Below, piece after piece: positions 46,667 through 61,047 of a stretch of DNA of 64,000 nt. The position numbers were made by a program, and so were the translations under genes. Every line of letters starts with the position of its first letter. The stretch's first letter is position 1. The DNA is from Treponemataceae bacterium. GTDB lineage: Bacteria > Spirochaetota > Spirochaetia > Treponematales > Rectinemataceae. Below the pieces are notes generated by a model. That model saw only the letters and a list, made by a program, of their open reading frames with translations, searched no databases and was not told where the DNA came from. The DNA lies in the NCBI GenBank assembly GCA_963667725.2, contig CAXXHO010000003.1, positions 1,248,001 through 1,312,000 of the forward strand, given 5' to 3'.

Positions 46667-48352
46667 CGACCGTCGAAGCAACTCGGCCGCGTGGGCAAGA
46701 GAAGCCGCCCCTTCGCTGTCGCCGGCAAGCATCCTGGCTATTTCCTCTTCTCTTTCGTGGCCGCGCAATTGATCGATTCTCGTTACCGTTCGCCCATCCT
46801 CGACCTTTTTATCGACTTTATAGTGGACATCGGCCTTCGCCGCGATCGATGCGAGATGAGTGACGCAGAACACCTGCTTGAATCGTGAAATGCCTTTCAG
46901 ATACAAACCGACATCAGCCGCCACCTCTCCTCCGATTCCAGTGTCGATTTCGTCGAATATGAGAGTATCTACCGCGTCTTTGGAAGAGAGGACGGCCTTA
47001 ATCGCAAGGGCGACACGCGACAATTCCCCTCCCGAGGCTATCTTGGCGAGCGCTTTCGGAGGTTCGCCGATATTGGGGGCGATCAGGAATTCCGCATCGT
47101 CCATGCCCGCGGGCGACAGGATGAGCTTTCCGGTTTCGGACTTAAGCGGATTGACGGAAATGGGCAGTCTGGCATGAACCATCCCAAGGTGTGAAAGTAT
47201 GGTCTCCACCTGACGCGAAAACCCGATCGCCGCATCTTTCCGCCTTGAGGAGAGCGCTTCGGCTTTTTCCAGCGCCTGTTTCTTAAGCTCGGCGATTTCT
47301 TTTTCGAGATCGGCTTTGTCGCTTTCCCAGGAGGAGTAAGCCTCTATGGCGGCGGCGTCCCGCTCTTCCCTGGCAAGAATATCGGCCAGCGAGGGGCCAT
47401 ATTTTTTCTTCAGACGCTTCAGTTCCGCCAACCTGCTTTCGATGTCCTCCAGTCTCTGGGGGTCGAATTTCAAGCCTTCCATATAGACGGAGACGCTCTC
47501 GGCTATGTCCTCCACCTCGAAATAGGCGCTTTCGAGCCTCGTGGCAAGCTCGCCCAACTTCGCGTCGATATCTTTGGCGGCGTCGAGACCGGCTTTAGCC
47601 TTCCGGAGAGATTCCACGGCGCCGTTGGACTCGCCGCCGCGGAGCGAAAGACCGTCAACGGCATTCCTGACGGCATCGAAAAGCTTTTCGTGCTGCGATA
47701 GGATTTTTTCTTCCTGCATCAGCTCGTCGTCTTCGTTGGGTTTGATCTTAGCCGCCTGGATTTCCTTAAGCGCGAAGGTGAGGATATCCTGCTCCCTTTC
47801 CCTGCGTTCCGCCTCGGCAAGACGCCGCTTGTATTCCCTGAGTCTTGTCGTCCAGGCTTCGTAGCTTCTCCGATACGATTCCTTTTCCGGCTCCAATCCC
47901 GCGAAACTGTCCAGGAAGATCAAATGGCTTGCCTTGTCCAGAAGCGTCTGATGCTCGTGCTGCCCATGGATATCGGCGATCAATGAAGTGAAGTCAGCCA
48001 GATCGGCCCTGCTCACCGCCCGGTTCTGAATGTAGGCGTAGGATCTGCCGTTGTTCCTCAAGCCCCGTCTCAGGTTGAGGGTTCCTTCTTCCTCGGGAAT
48101 ATCGTGCTCCCTGAGCCAAGCCAGAGCCGCCTTGTTCTGCGCTATATCGAGAATGGCTGAGACCGTGCACTCGTCGGAGCCTTCGCGTATCACTCCCGAA
48201 TCCGCCCTCCCCCCGAACAGGAACCCTATCGCTCCCACGATGAGCGATTTTCCGGCTCCGGTTTCTCCGGTAAAAAGAACGAGGCCATCCGAGAATTCGA
48301 CTTCCGCCGCGTCGATGAGGGCAAAGTCCCGGACGGAAAGATGCTCAAGCAT
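46655..48352 (-). CDS. recN: DNA repair protein RecN
   Basis: TGETGAGKS, IHGQHEHQ, coiled coil, ASGGELSR, FDEIDTGIGG and VTHL. Confidence 0.96.
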   Translation of the reverse strand: MLEHLSVRDFALIDAAEVEFSDGLVLFTGETGAGKSLIVGAIGFLFGGRADSGVIREGSDECTVSAILDIAQNKAALAWLREHDIPEEEGTLNLRRGLRNNGRSYAYIQNRAVSRADLADFTSLIADIHGQHEHQTLLDKASHLIFLDSFAGLEPEKESYRRSYEAWTTRLREYKRRLAEAERREREQDILTFALKEIQAAKIKPNEDDELMQEEKILSQHEKLFDAVRNAVDGLSLRGGESNGAVESLRKAKAGLDAAKDIDAKLGELATRLESAYFEVEDIAESVSVYMEGLKFDPQRLEDIESRLAELKRLKKKYGPSLADILAREERDAAAIEAYSSWESDKADLEKEIAELKKQALEKAEALSSRRKDAAIGFSRQVETILSHLGMVHARLPISVNPLKSETGKLILSPAGMDDAEFLIAPNIGEPPKALAKIASGGELSRVALAIKAVLSSKDAVDTLIFDEIDTGIGGEVAADVGLYLKGISRFKQVFCVTHLASIAAKADVHYKVDKKVEDGRTVTRIDQLRGHEREEEIARMLAGDSEGAASLAHAAELLRRSSVS

Positions 48353-49214
48353 TGGCGTCTCCCGACCATCCCAGTTTCGTGCGCAAGGCGCTGAAAAAAA
48401 TGCTCTCCTGGGGAACGATGAGGACAGCGTCGCGCCGCGCCCTGCGGAACTGGACAATGTCTCCTATTTCAAGCGCGAAAGTCTCCTGGCCGTCGACCGT
48501 CAGCATGGCGCCAGATCTCCTCGTTTCATCCACGATGACATCGACCCTGGCGGTTGAAGGCAGGACAAGCGGCCGGGAAGCGAGCGTAAACGGACAGATG
48601 GGATTTATCACCATAGCGAGCATTTCAGGGTGTAGCGCGGGTCCTCCCGCGGCGAGGTTATAGGCGGTGGATCCCGTGGGCGTGGCTACAATAAGGCCGT
48701 CGGCCCTATAGAATCCGAATTTTTCTTCGTTCACGTAAAGGCAAAGCCGTATCATCTTGGCTATACCTTGGGATGACAAGGCGCCGTCGTTCAAGGCGCA
48801 GAAGGATCCAATGCGTTGTCCTGCCCTAACGATGGATACGTCCAGCATCACGCGAGAGGATGGCTTAAGATTTCCCGCGGCCCACTCATCGAAGGTAGCC
48901 AGCCAGGAATCCTTGCGATTGGCCGCTATGAAGCCCAAGGTGCCAAGATTCACGGGAAGCACGGGGATGCCCAAAGGCGCTGCGAGACGGGCGACATAAA
49001 GGAGGGTCCCGTCTCCTCCGAGACAGATTATAAGCTCATAACCGGCAAAGCTTGGAGCCCCGGATGGATCGCCCGCAAAGGCAAAACTCGTTGTCGTCCA
49101 GCCCCTACTCTCAAGCGCTTTGGACACCTTCACGGATTCGCCGGCCGAATCGTCTTTCAGAAGATTCGCGACAATCAAGGCTTTACCGCCCTTCATGCCG
49201 CCGAGAATGGCCAT
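48345..49214 (-). CDS. nadK: NAD kinase
   Basis: GGDGT, NLGTLGF, LND and DGLIVATPTGSTAY. Confidence 0.95.
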   Translation of the reverse strand: MAILGGMKGGKALIVANLLKDDSAGESVKVSKALESRGWTTTSFAFAGDPSGAPSFAGYELIICLGGDGTLLYVARLAAPLGIPVLPVNLGTLGFIAANRKDSWLATFDEWAAGNLKPSSRVMLDVSIVRAGQRIGSFCALNDGALSSQGIAKMIRLCLYVNEEKFGFYRADGLIVATPTGSTAYNLAAGGPALHPEMLAMVINPICPFTLASRPLVLPSTARVDVIVDETRRSGAMLTVDGQETFALEIGDIVQFRRARRDAVLIVPQESIFFSALRTKLGWSGDANA

Positions 49215-49223
49215 GATTCCTCC

Positions 49224-50237
49224 TCAGGGAAGCGTCGCAAGCACCTTCGCGATGACATTTGCGTCTTTTGCGCTGATTTTTTCGTGAAGCGGGAAGAGGA
49301 TGCAGCGCATGGCAAGCGATCGGGCACCAGGGCATTCATTTTCCGGAAAATCTTCCATAGAGACAATACTCTGCTCGAATGCCGCCGCCGCTTCAATTCC
49401 GTTTCGCTTGGCATGGATCACGACATCCTTCATGCCTGACTCAAGGACAACAGGAAAAGCGTAGCAGCCCCCAAGTCCTTCATTGTCCTGCTTGAAAGTC
49501 TTGTGCCGCGTGCGTGAAAGCTCCATCTGAAAACTCGCTTCCAGTTCCCTGCGCCTGCGAAAGGAATTGGCCAGGTCCCTCAGCTGGGCCAAGCCCAGGG
49601 CGGCGTTATAGTCGGTCAGGGATATTTCTTTCGTCAGCGTCTCCCCAATGTTTCTTATTACCGGAGCATCGCGTCTCGCCGACGCAAAAAGAAGGGCCCC
49701 TCCTCCGGAAGTGACCGGAGAGCCCTGTTCAAGCCCATATATCGCGAAATTACCGATGGATCCGGCCTTTGTGTCGCCCCTGTACGCTCCCAAAGCCTGG
49801 GACATATCCTCTATGACCGGCAGCTGCGTCTCCAGAACGGCGGTCTTGTCGGGAAGCATTCCAAACGCCTCAAATAGGATTATCGCGGAGCAGCCCTGTT
49901 CCTTGGCGACCGCAAGGTTGGGCAGGCATGTCAGCGGGTCGTGGTCCATGTAAATTGGCTTAAAACCGAGTTCCTCGACCGCCTGCAGGTGATAGAGAGG
50001 AGCGAGGGGGCTCAAGGCCACTTTTGCGCCTTCGGAAAGACCCAGTTTCTTCAGGGCGATGCCGAGGGCCGAATAGGGGCTCCTCAAGGCTACCGCCACA
50101 TCGTATCCAAATGCTTCCTTGGCGTTTTTGAGAAATTTCTCCGTATATTCGCCGGGTCCGATCGAATCGGTAACAAGGCATCCGAGGACCGTATCCATGT
50201 CTTTTCTTCGTATGAACGAACAATAAAGCGGTATCAT
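49224..50237 (-). CDS. DegT/DnrJ/EryC1/StrS aminotransferase-like protein (degenerate)
   Basis: VIEDMSQALGA, AALGLAQL and overall layout of the family; the PLP-lysine motif is not evident. Confidence 0.7.
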   Translation of the reverse strand: MIPLYCSFIRRKDMDTVLGCLVTDSIGPGEYTEKFLKNAKEAFGYDVAVALRSPYSALGIALKKLGLSEGAKVALSPLAPLYHLQAVEELGFKPIYMDHDPLTCLPNLAVAKEQGCSAIILFEAFGMLPDKTAVLETQLPVIEDMSQALGAYRGDTKAGSIGNFAIYGLEQGSPVTSGGGALLFASARRDAPVIRNIGETLTKEISLTDYNAALGLAQLRDLANSFRRRRELEASFQMELSRTRHKTFKQDNEGLGGCYAFPVVLESGMKDVVIHAKRNGIEAAAAFEQSIVSMEDFPENECPGARSLAMRCILFPLHEKISAKDANVIAKVLATLP

Positions 50238-50294
50238 TGCGTGGATTGTATCATCGGAAGGTTGTCAGAAACAAGAAGATGCGAAAATAAAAAA

Positions 50295-50406
<112 letters not shown>

Positions 50407-50578
50407 ATAATTACCTGAAAGAAAGGGAAGAAGGAAAGCAAAAAGAGCCTTTCTTCATCAAGGGAAGCAGTGCGTATCTTGAATTCATCATCGATCGGCC
50501 GCCGTATTGCATGCAGCGCGCACTCGTATCATAGAAAAGCGACAAGATTGCTCTTTGTTAAAAAAGTGAAGGATAATA

Positions 50579-53554
<2,976 letters not shown>

Positions 53555-53726
53555 ATATTATGCTTCACTCTTTATCGCTTCTTGATATCGTTTTCATTTG
53601 CTCATTCCTCAAAGCTATAAACCAACCTATTCCTAGATCAGTCACTTTAAGAAATGTGCCTGCTTCCCTTCCCTCATTATGTAAAAGAACCTTTTCTCTA
53701 TGAATTAAAAACTTCAGAGAATTGGA

Positions 53727-53800
53727 TGGGCCAGAATAGAGTTGAACTATTGACCCCTTCCTTATCAGAGAAGTGCTCTAACCAACTGAGCTACTGGCCC
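53727..53800 (-). tRNA. tRNA-Ile(GAU) in the 16S-23S spacer
   Basis: GGGCCAG acceptor stem, anticodon loop CT-GAT-AA. Confidence 0.95.
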
Positions 53801-53931
53801 GAAAAAAAAGGAATAGGATAGAAAGAGGTTTGGGAGAGCGTCCTGTCACGAGACGCTAAAAGTATTACTGCCTTGTATATGATCGTGTACCGTAGTGTGA
53901 AGCTTGCGCCTCACGGTCGATACCCTTCTCA

Positions 53932-55471
<1,540 letters not shown>

Positions 55472-55819
55472 ATATTCCAACAGGCTTGCGCCTGCAGGAT
55501 ATCATAAAGAATTTATCTTCGTTGCCAAAGCTAACAAGCTTCGACAACCGGCATTCGATACTTCACCGACCATTCACTGGCGCAAATGATCGATTTTGCC
55601 GATCTCACTTCCGTGAAATCAGCCACGCACAACTCGTTAGAGTTGTGCGCCACCAATCGCTTGTGGCGATTGGTGCCTTACCTCTTTCTATCCCTTCCCT
55701 ATTTACTGTGGTAGATCCCTCGGCTATTCGCCTCAAACCGCTTTGCGGCCTTCGGTTTTCGCCTCCCGCCCCTTTGGTCCGCCGTGGTTTCCCGCAGCCT
55801 TCCCCCAGAGCGCTCGATG

Positions 55820-55849
55820 AAGGTAGCAAACTTCGCTACCTTTTGTCAA
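55820..55849 (-). promoter_or_regulatory. Candidate rrn promoter P2
   Basis: TTGACA-18 bp-TACCTT on the minus strand. Confidence 0.55.
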
Positions 55850-55945
55850 GCCCGTTTTTGAGTTTTTCAACTCATTCGCGAGATTTCCGTATTTCTCGAA
55901 AACCCGCTCACGGAGCGCCTTCCCTCTCGTTCCAGCGCGAAAAGG

Positions 55946-55974
55946 AGGTTACTTGGAATCGAATTTATTGTCAA
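55946..55974 (-). promoter_or_regulatory. Candidate rrn promoter P1
   Basis: TTGACA-17 bp-TAACCT on the minus strand with AT-rich upstream sequence. Confidence 0.6.
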
Positions 55975-56037
55975 CAGGTTTTTGATATATTTCCGGATAA
56001 ACGCGGTATCTTTTTCTTGCTTTAAAAACCGTGGATT

Positions 56038-57588
56038 TCAGTACGGCCAGTAACTGTCCCCGTCTCCATACTCCCGATATCCGACGGCTTCCTCTACCAT
56101 GGGGGCTTGTATGGTGATAGACCCCCGCATGTCGGCGATAGTTCTGGCAATCTTCAGAACGGAATGGCAGGCTCTCATAGAAAGCCCCAGTTCCTCCGCC
56201 CTGCCGCGGAACAGTTCGTCGGCTTCGGCGCCAAGACCACAGTACTGCTTGACCATTTCCGGCTGCAGCCTGCTGTTGTACAAACCTCCGAAAATAGCCG
56301 TCCTCTCCATCTGAAGCCGGGAGGCTTCTTCGACTTCATGGACGAGGTCAGCCTGGCGTTGGCCTGGGGAGCTGAGCATCGATGCAGCGTCCGGGATAAG
56401 GACGGGTATTCTCATATCGATGCGATCCAAGAGAGGACCTCCCAGTTTCTTCCAATAACGCTGAATTTCCATAGGAGAGCAGATGCATGCCTTGGTCGGG
56501 CTTCCAAGATTGCCGCAGGGGCAGGAATTGGCCGCCATGAGGAGCTGAAAGTCGGCTGGATACTGGAGAACCCGCCCGGCCCGCACTACGGTGATGCTGC
56601 CCCGCTCTAAAGGCTCCCGCAGCGATTGAAGGACATCGTGCCCGAATTCGGGCGTCTCGTCCAGGAAAAGCACCCCTCTATGGGCGAGGCTGATCTCTCC
56701 GGGACGAGGAGGCTTGCCGCCGCCGACGATACCCTCCAGGGAAGCCGAGTGATGAGGCGAACAGACCGGCGGCCTTGAAGCCGACGATTTACCGCCGTAG
56801 CGTTTCCCATGGAGCGACCATATGGCCGCCACTTCCATGGCCTGCATCTCCGTCAAGGCAGGCAGGAGAGAAGGAAAGCGCATCGCGGCCATGGTTTTTC
56901 CTGATCCCGGCGGCCCGAAAAGGAGAAGATTATGCCTTCCGGCGGCCGCTATGACGAGAGCCCTCATGACTTTCGGGTTCCCCAGATAATCGGAGAAATC
57001 AAGCCCCGGCGCCTCGGTATCACCTTCGGAAGAATTCTGGGGCGCCCCGCGGCTTGCGTGTTTTGAAAGGAAGCTGCCTCCGTCCCGGATGGAAAGGAGT
57101 ATGTCCGGAATTTCCGATATATGGCCAATCGGGAAGAGACGTCCCTGGCGAAGCCGGCCAGCCTCGGCATAGTTGGATTCCGGCACGATATAATCACGAA
57201 TGCCTTTCCGCGAAGCCTGGAGAAGAGCCGGCAAGGTCCCCCGCACTGGACAGACAAATCCATCCAGCGTCAGTTCCCCGATGACGAGGATGCTCTTTCC
57301 GCAGTCAGGAACCGCCCCGGAGGCGGAAAGAATCTTCAGCGCTATGGGAAGATCGTAGAGAGAGCCTTCCTTGGGAAGATCGGCCGGGGAAAGATTGATG
57401 AGGACCCTGTCCTGGGGGAATTCGAAAGAGGAGTTTCTGATGGCCGCCCGCACTCTTTCGCGGGATTCCCTGACAGATGCGGCCGCCAGGCCGACGACAT
57501 CGACGGCGGGAATCCCGCGCCTGATATCGACCTCCACTTTAACAAGAAACCCCTCGAAGCCGAGGGGTTCATAGGCAAAAATATCCAT
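56038..57588 (-). CDS. comM: YifB/ComM Mg-chelatase-like AAA+ ATPase
   Basis: ESRERVR, NLSPADLPKEG, GPPGSGKTM, PHHSAS, PGEISLAHRGVLFLDE, CPCG and GPLLDRID. Confidence 0.93.
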   Translation of the reverse strand: MDIFAYEPLGFEGFLVKVEVDIRRGIPAVDVVGLAAASVRESRERVRAAIRNSSFEFPQDRVLINLSPADLPKEGSLYDLPIALKILSASGAVPDCGKSILVIGELTLDGFVCPVRGTLPALLQASRKGIRDYIVPESNYAEAGRLRQGRLFPIGHISEIPDILLSIRDGGSFLSKHASRGAPQNSSEGDTEAPGLDFSDYLGNPKVMRALVIAAAGRHNLLLFGPPGSGKTMAAMRFPSLLPALTEMQAMEVAAIWSLHGKRYGGKSSASRPPVCSPHHSASLEGIVGGGKPPRPGEISLAHRGVLFLDETPEFGHDVLQSLREPLERGSITVVRAGRVLQYPADFQLLMAANSCPCGNLGSPTKACICSPMEIQRYWKKLGGPLLDRIDMRIPVLIPDAASMLSSPGQRQADLVHEVEEASRLQMERTAIFGGLYNSRLQPEMVKQYCGLGAEADELFRGRAEELGLSMRACHSVLKIARTIADMRGSITIQAPMVEEAVGYREYGDGDSYWPY

Positions 57589-57654
57589 GCGGCACCTTCC
57601 GCACGATATACGCGCGAAAAGGCCGCTTCCGCTTCATCGGGAGAAGCAGCCTCT

Positions 57655-59370
57655 TCAGCTTTCTCCCAGTATGGTGTCCAGATCGATTTCTCCGCCAGCC
57701 GAGGGCATGGTTATTCCGAAGGCCCCAAGGATAGCCGGATGGATTTCTCCGAAAACGCCGACTTTCTTGCCTTCGCACCAAACCTCTGCCTGACGGCCGG
57801 GAATAAAGCGGGGATCGAAAGCTTCCTTTACGCTATACTCCTTGCCGAGATAGAACATGAGCGTAGCCAGATGCGAAGCGGATTCATTATAGTCGGCTTG
57901 GGCATGCGTATTGAGGAAACCGATATACTGTCTCGTCGCGATGCCGTAGTTTTCTTCGGCATCCTTGATGGCGACCTTGCCCACTTCAAAAGTCCTGTGC
58001 GGATAGGGAGCCTTTACGGAGACCGATTCGGTTCCCAGGAGGCCCGGGAGCGGCGAGTTCCTGAGATACTCGAAGTTTTCGCTCATCGGGTTGGTGATCT
58101 TCACCACGGTTTCGGCTTGAATGCCCATCTTATCCACATAATCCCGCCTGCTGCCGAGATAGTTGTAGATCATTTCCTGGTACCCCATGCCTACGAGCGA
58201 GAGCTTCGCCTTCCTGGAAATCTGTTCGATGGGGGAAAGCCTTCCTATGGTGAAATCGCGAGGCTTTTCCGGGGGAAAATTCTCCATGCCGATGCCTATC
58301 AGCACATCTTCGATGATATCGACGGGGTGAAGGAAGTCGTTTCGATACTCTGCGGGCTTCACCGTGATGAAGTCGCCCTCAGCCTTGGCCTTCGAGCCCA
58401 TGCTCTCGACCGCGGCCCTAGCCTTTTCCACGCTCATGTCAAGGCCAAGCAGTTTTCTCACCTGATCGATATGAACCTTCAGTTCCTGCTGGAAGTAAGA
58501 GGGGAACGTGATTTTCCTGCCGAAAGGCGTGTCATAGGGATATCGCACGGCGACATTTTCGATGGCAAAGCCCATGTCGTGGAGATCGCACGCGAGGATA
58601 GATGCGGTAAGCGAGACCGAGGGGTAATCGCTTCCCGTCACCTCGATGAAGAGCTCCGAATCACCGACTAGAACGGCGCCCAGGTCGGCTGAGTTGATAA
58701 TGGGCGGATAGGAAAGCACCCTTTCGTTGTCGTCGAGAAGAAGGGGATGGATGGGTTCATTCTGAAGAATGGATCCGTATTCCTTCCCTTTGGGATGTTC
58801 GGCGAGAATCTGCCGCAGGGTCATCTTCCTCGTTTCCTGGAGGGGGACGAAGGAAACATTGTCGGGATCCACGCCTCGGTAATGTACAGGCCATGAGATC
58901 ACCGAGGGACGATAGAGGCCAATGGAGACAGTTTTCCGCTTGCGCCCGAAATTCCACGTCAATTTTTCCTGGGCCTGGATGAGTTCTTTCAGCATCGAGT
59001 CGGTAATCGAGACACCCTTGGCCACAAACCCCGCGAGAAAAGGTCTGACTTTTCTGACGCTTTCTTCCACTTCAACGATGTATGGTGAATCACCTGTCTC
59101 GCCCAGCGGCACAAAGAAGGGATATTCGGTAATCTCCCCCTTTCTGTGGGCCTTGAGCTGGCGGGCGAGCCCTGCTGTCGTCCAAAGGTCGGGACGGTTC
59201 GTATCGTTGAGTTCTATCTTTATCGTCCTGTTTTCGGGCTCGGCAGCTTCCTTGTCCCAGCCGTCCAGTTCGGCCTTGGCCGTAGGAAGAATGGCTTCAA
59301 GTCTGGCCACGTCGGGACTGTCGCCCAGGAGCGAGAAGAAAAGCTTTTCGTTTACTTCAATTTTAGGCAT
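57655..59370 (-). CDS. pheT: Phenylalanine-tRNA ligase beta subunit (short, archaeal/eukaryotic type)
   Basis: NRPDL, PPIINS, YRNDFLHPVDIIED and GEIHP; 571 aa with no B8 anticodon-binding domain. Confidence 0.93.
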   Translation of the reverse strand: MPKIEVNEKLFFSLLGDSPDVARLEAILPTAKAELDGWDKEAAEPENRTIKIELNDTNRPDLWTTAGLARQLKAHRKGEITEYPFFVPLGETGDSPYIVEVEESVRKVRPFLAGFVAKGVSITDSMLKELIQAQEKLTWNFGRKRKTVSIGLYRPSVISWPVHYRGVDPDNVSFVPLQETRKMTLRQILAEHPKGKEYGSILQNEPIHPLLLDDNERVLSYPPIINSADLGAVLVGDSELFIEVTGSDYPSVSLTASILACDLHDMGFAIENVAVRYPYDTPFGRKITFPSYFQQELKVHIDQVRKLLGLDMSVEKARAAVESMGSKAKAEGDFITVKPAEYRNDFLHPVDIIEDVLIGIGMENFPPEKPRDFTIGRLSPIEQISRKAKLSLVGMGYQEMIYNYLGSRRDYVDKMGIQAETVVKITNPMSENFEYLRNSPLPGLLGTESVSVKAPYPHRTFEVGKVAIKDAEENYGIATRQYIGFLNTHAQADYNESASHLATLMFYLGKEYSVKEAFDPRFIPGRQAEVWCEGKKVGVFGEIHPAILGAFGITMPSAGGEIDLDTILGES

Positions 59371-59380
59371 AACATCTCCC

Positions 59381-60946
59381 TCAGCGTGTTTTGTTCATTG
59401 CTCGGCGCATGCGTACGCTCTCGAGGTCGGGGCTGAAAAGCTCCCTGAGATCGTTCAAACCGAGAGCCATGAGCGCCATTCTGTCGATGCCGATGCCCCA
59501 GGCGAGGACCGGTACATCGATGCCGAGCGATTTCGTCACTTCAGGGCGGAAAATCCCGGAGCCGCCGAGTTCGAACCAGCCGAGAACGGGATGTTTTATA
59601 TGCACTTCTACGGAGGGTTCCGTGAAGGGGAAATAGCCTGGGACGTATTTCACTTCCTTGGCGCCGGCAACCTCCACAGCGAACATTTCCAGGAATCCGA
59701 GAAGCGTCCGCAGGTTTACTTCCTCGCCGAGGACGATTCCTTCCGTCTGATAGAAATCCGACAGATGGGTAGCGTCGACCTTGTCGTAACGGAAACATCG
59801 CGCTATGCCGAAATATTTACCCGGGACTTTGGCTTTCGGCAGCTGCCTGGCCGATAGCACCGTTCCCTGGCTTCGCAGAAGGAGACGTTTCGTGAAGTCG
59901 CGGTCAAAATTGTAATTCCAGCCGCGGCTCCCCGTATTCCCTCCGTTTTCATGCACTGCCGCGATATTGGAGAGATAGGGCTCTTCAATGAATTTGGCCG
60001 ACTTGGGGTCATCTATATGGTAGACATCGTGAATATCCCGCGCCGAATGGAACTGCGGCATGAAGAGCGCATCAGAATTCCAGAATTCCGTTTCGACCAT
60101 ATTGCCGTCGAATTCCTCGAAGCCCAGGGAGACGAGCTTGTCTTTCACGCTCTCCAGGAATTCGACATAGGGATTCTTCCTTCCGGGAATCGTTCGGGCT
60201 GGATTGACGCCGATATTGTAAGGCCTGAAGGTGCCGCTTTTCCAGCTGCCATTCTCAAGCATGGCCGGAGTCAGGGCTCCCAGCTCCTCACCCGTCATTC
60301 CCAGCGCGATCAGCGCTTCTTTTACGTTCCGGGCCGCCTCGGCAAGGCGATATACCACCCGTTCGCGCTCGCCGCTTCTGAACGGGGCATCGCCAGCGCC
60401 TCGCTTTTTCGCCACCGACTGGATTATGGTCAGCGCATCGGCGTCCAGGCGGCTTTCCTCGAGGATGCCGCCCTCGGCCGCCGCGTTCCTGAGAAGCTCG
60501 CTCAACCTGACGACACGGCCGGGAAGAGCCGCCCCCTCTATTCGGGACGCCCTCTTTTCCTCATCCATGCGGAGAACGCCTTCCTTGGAAAGGAGGCCGA
60601 AGGCTGATCCTATGCTTTTCTGTTCCAGACCAAGCTTTTCCGCCAATTCGGGTAATTTTGCCGGACCCGAGCTGTCCAGGAAGCCGAATATTCTTTCCTC
60701 TGGTGTGCCTTTCTCGGCATATTCTGCGCCGAGCGGTGTGATCTCATAAAATACCGATACGGTTCTTGCCGTCTCTTCAATGAGCCCTTTGCCGGACAAC
60801 CACGAAAAGGCCTGATTTTCCTGGCCTTCGCGATAGCCTAGATCACCGCGCACTTTTGCCGCGTCGATCTCGCTTCCGCTTTCGTATTTGAGTAGTATCC
60901 GGACTTCCAGGGGATGAAGGGTTTTTGCAACGCTTACAGCATCCAT
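59381..60946 (-). CDS. pheS: Phenylalanine-tRNA ligase alpha subunit (long, archaeal/eukaryotic type)
   Basis: FWNSDALFMPQFHSARD, FRYDKVDATH, YFPFTEPS, GSGIFRPE and WGIGIDR; N-terminal extension of about 230 aa. Confidence 0.95.
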   Translation of the reverse strand: MDAVSVAKTLHPLEVRILLKYESGSEIDAAKVRGDLGYREGQENQAFSWLSGKGLIEETARTVSVFYEITPLGAEYAEKGTPEERIFGFLDSSGPAKLPELAEKLGLEQKSIGSAFGLLSKEGVLRMDEEKRASRIEGAALPGRVVRLSELLRNAAAEGGILEESRLDADALTIIQSVAKKRGAGDAPFRSGERERVVYRLAEAARNVKEALIALGMTGEELGALTPAMLENGSWKSGTFRPYNIGVNPARTIPGRKNPYVEFLESVKDKLVSLGFEEFDGNMVETEFWNSDALFMPQFHSARDIHDVYHIDDPKSAKFIEEPYLSNIAAVHENGGNTGSRGWNYNFDRDFTKRLLLRSQGTVLSARQLPKAKVPGKYFGIARCFRYDKVDATHLSDFYQTEGIVLGEEVNLRTLLGFLEMFAVEVAGAKEVKYVPGYFPFTEPSVEVHIKHPVLGWFELGGSGIFRPEVTKSLGIDVPVLAWGIGIDRMALMALGLNDLRELFSPDLESVRMRRAMNKTR

Positions 60947-61047
60947 TTAGTCAGCTCCATGCTAGGAGATTAGGGTACATCGTAGGTCAAACGAGGATAA
61001 CGATTGTGCCTATTGTGCGTCAGTATTGCTCAAAACCGCCCTAACCG

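Noticed and set aside
60947..61047. T-box upstream of pheS
   Set aside because: The spacer is only about 100 bp, with no T-box consensus or terminator.
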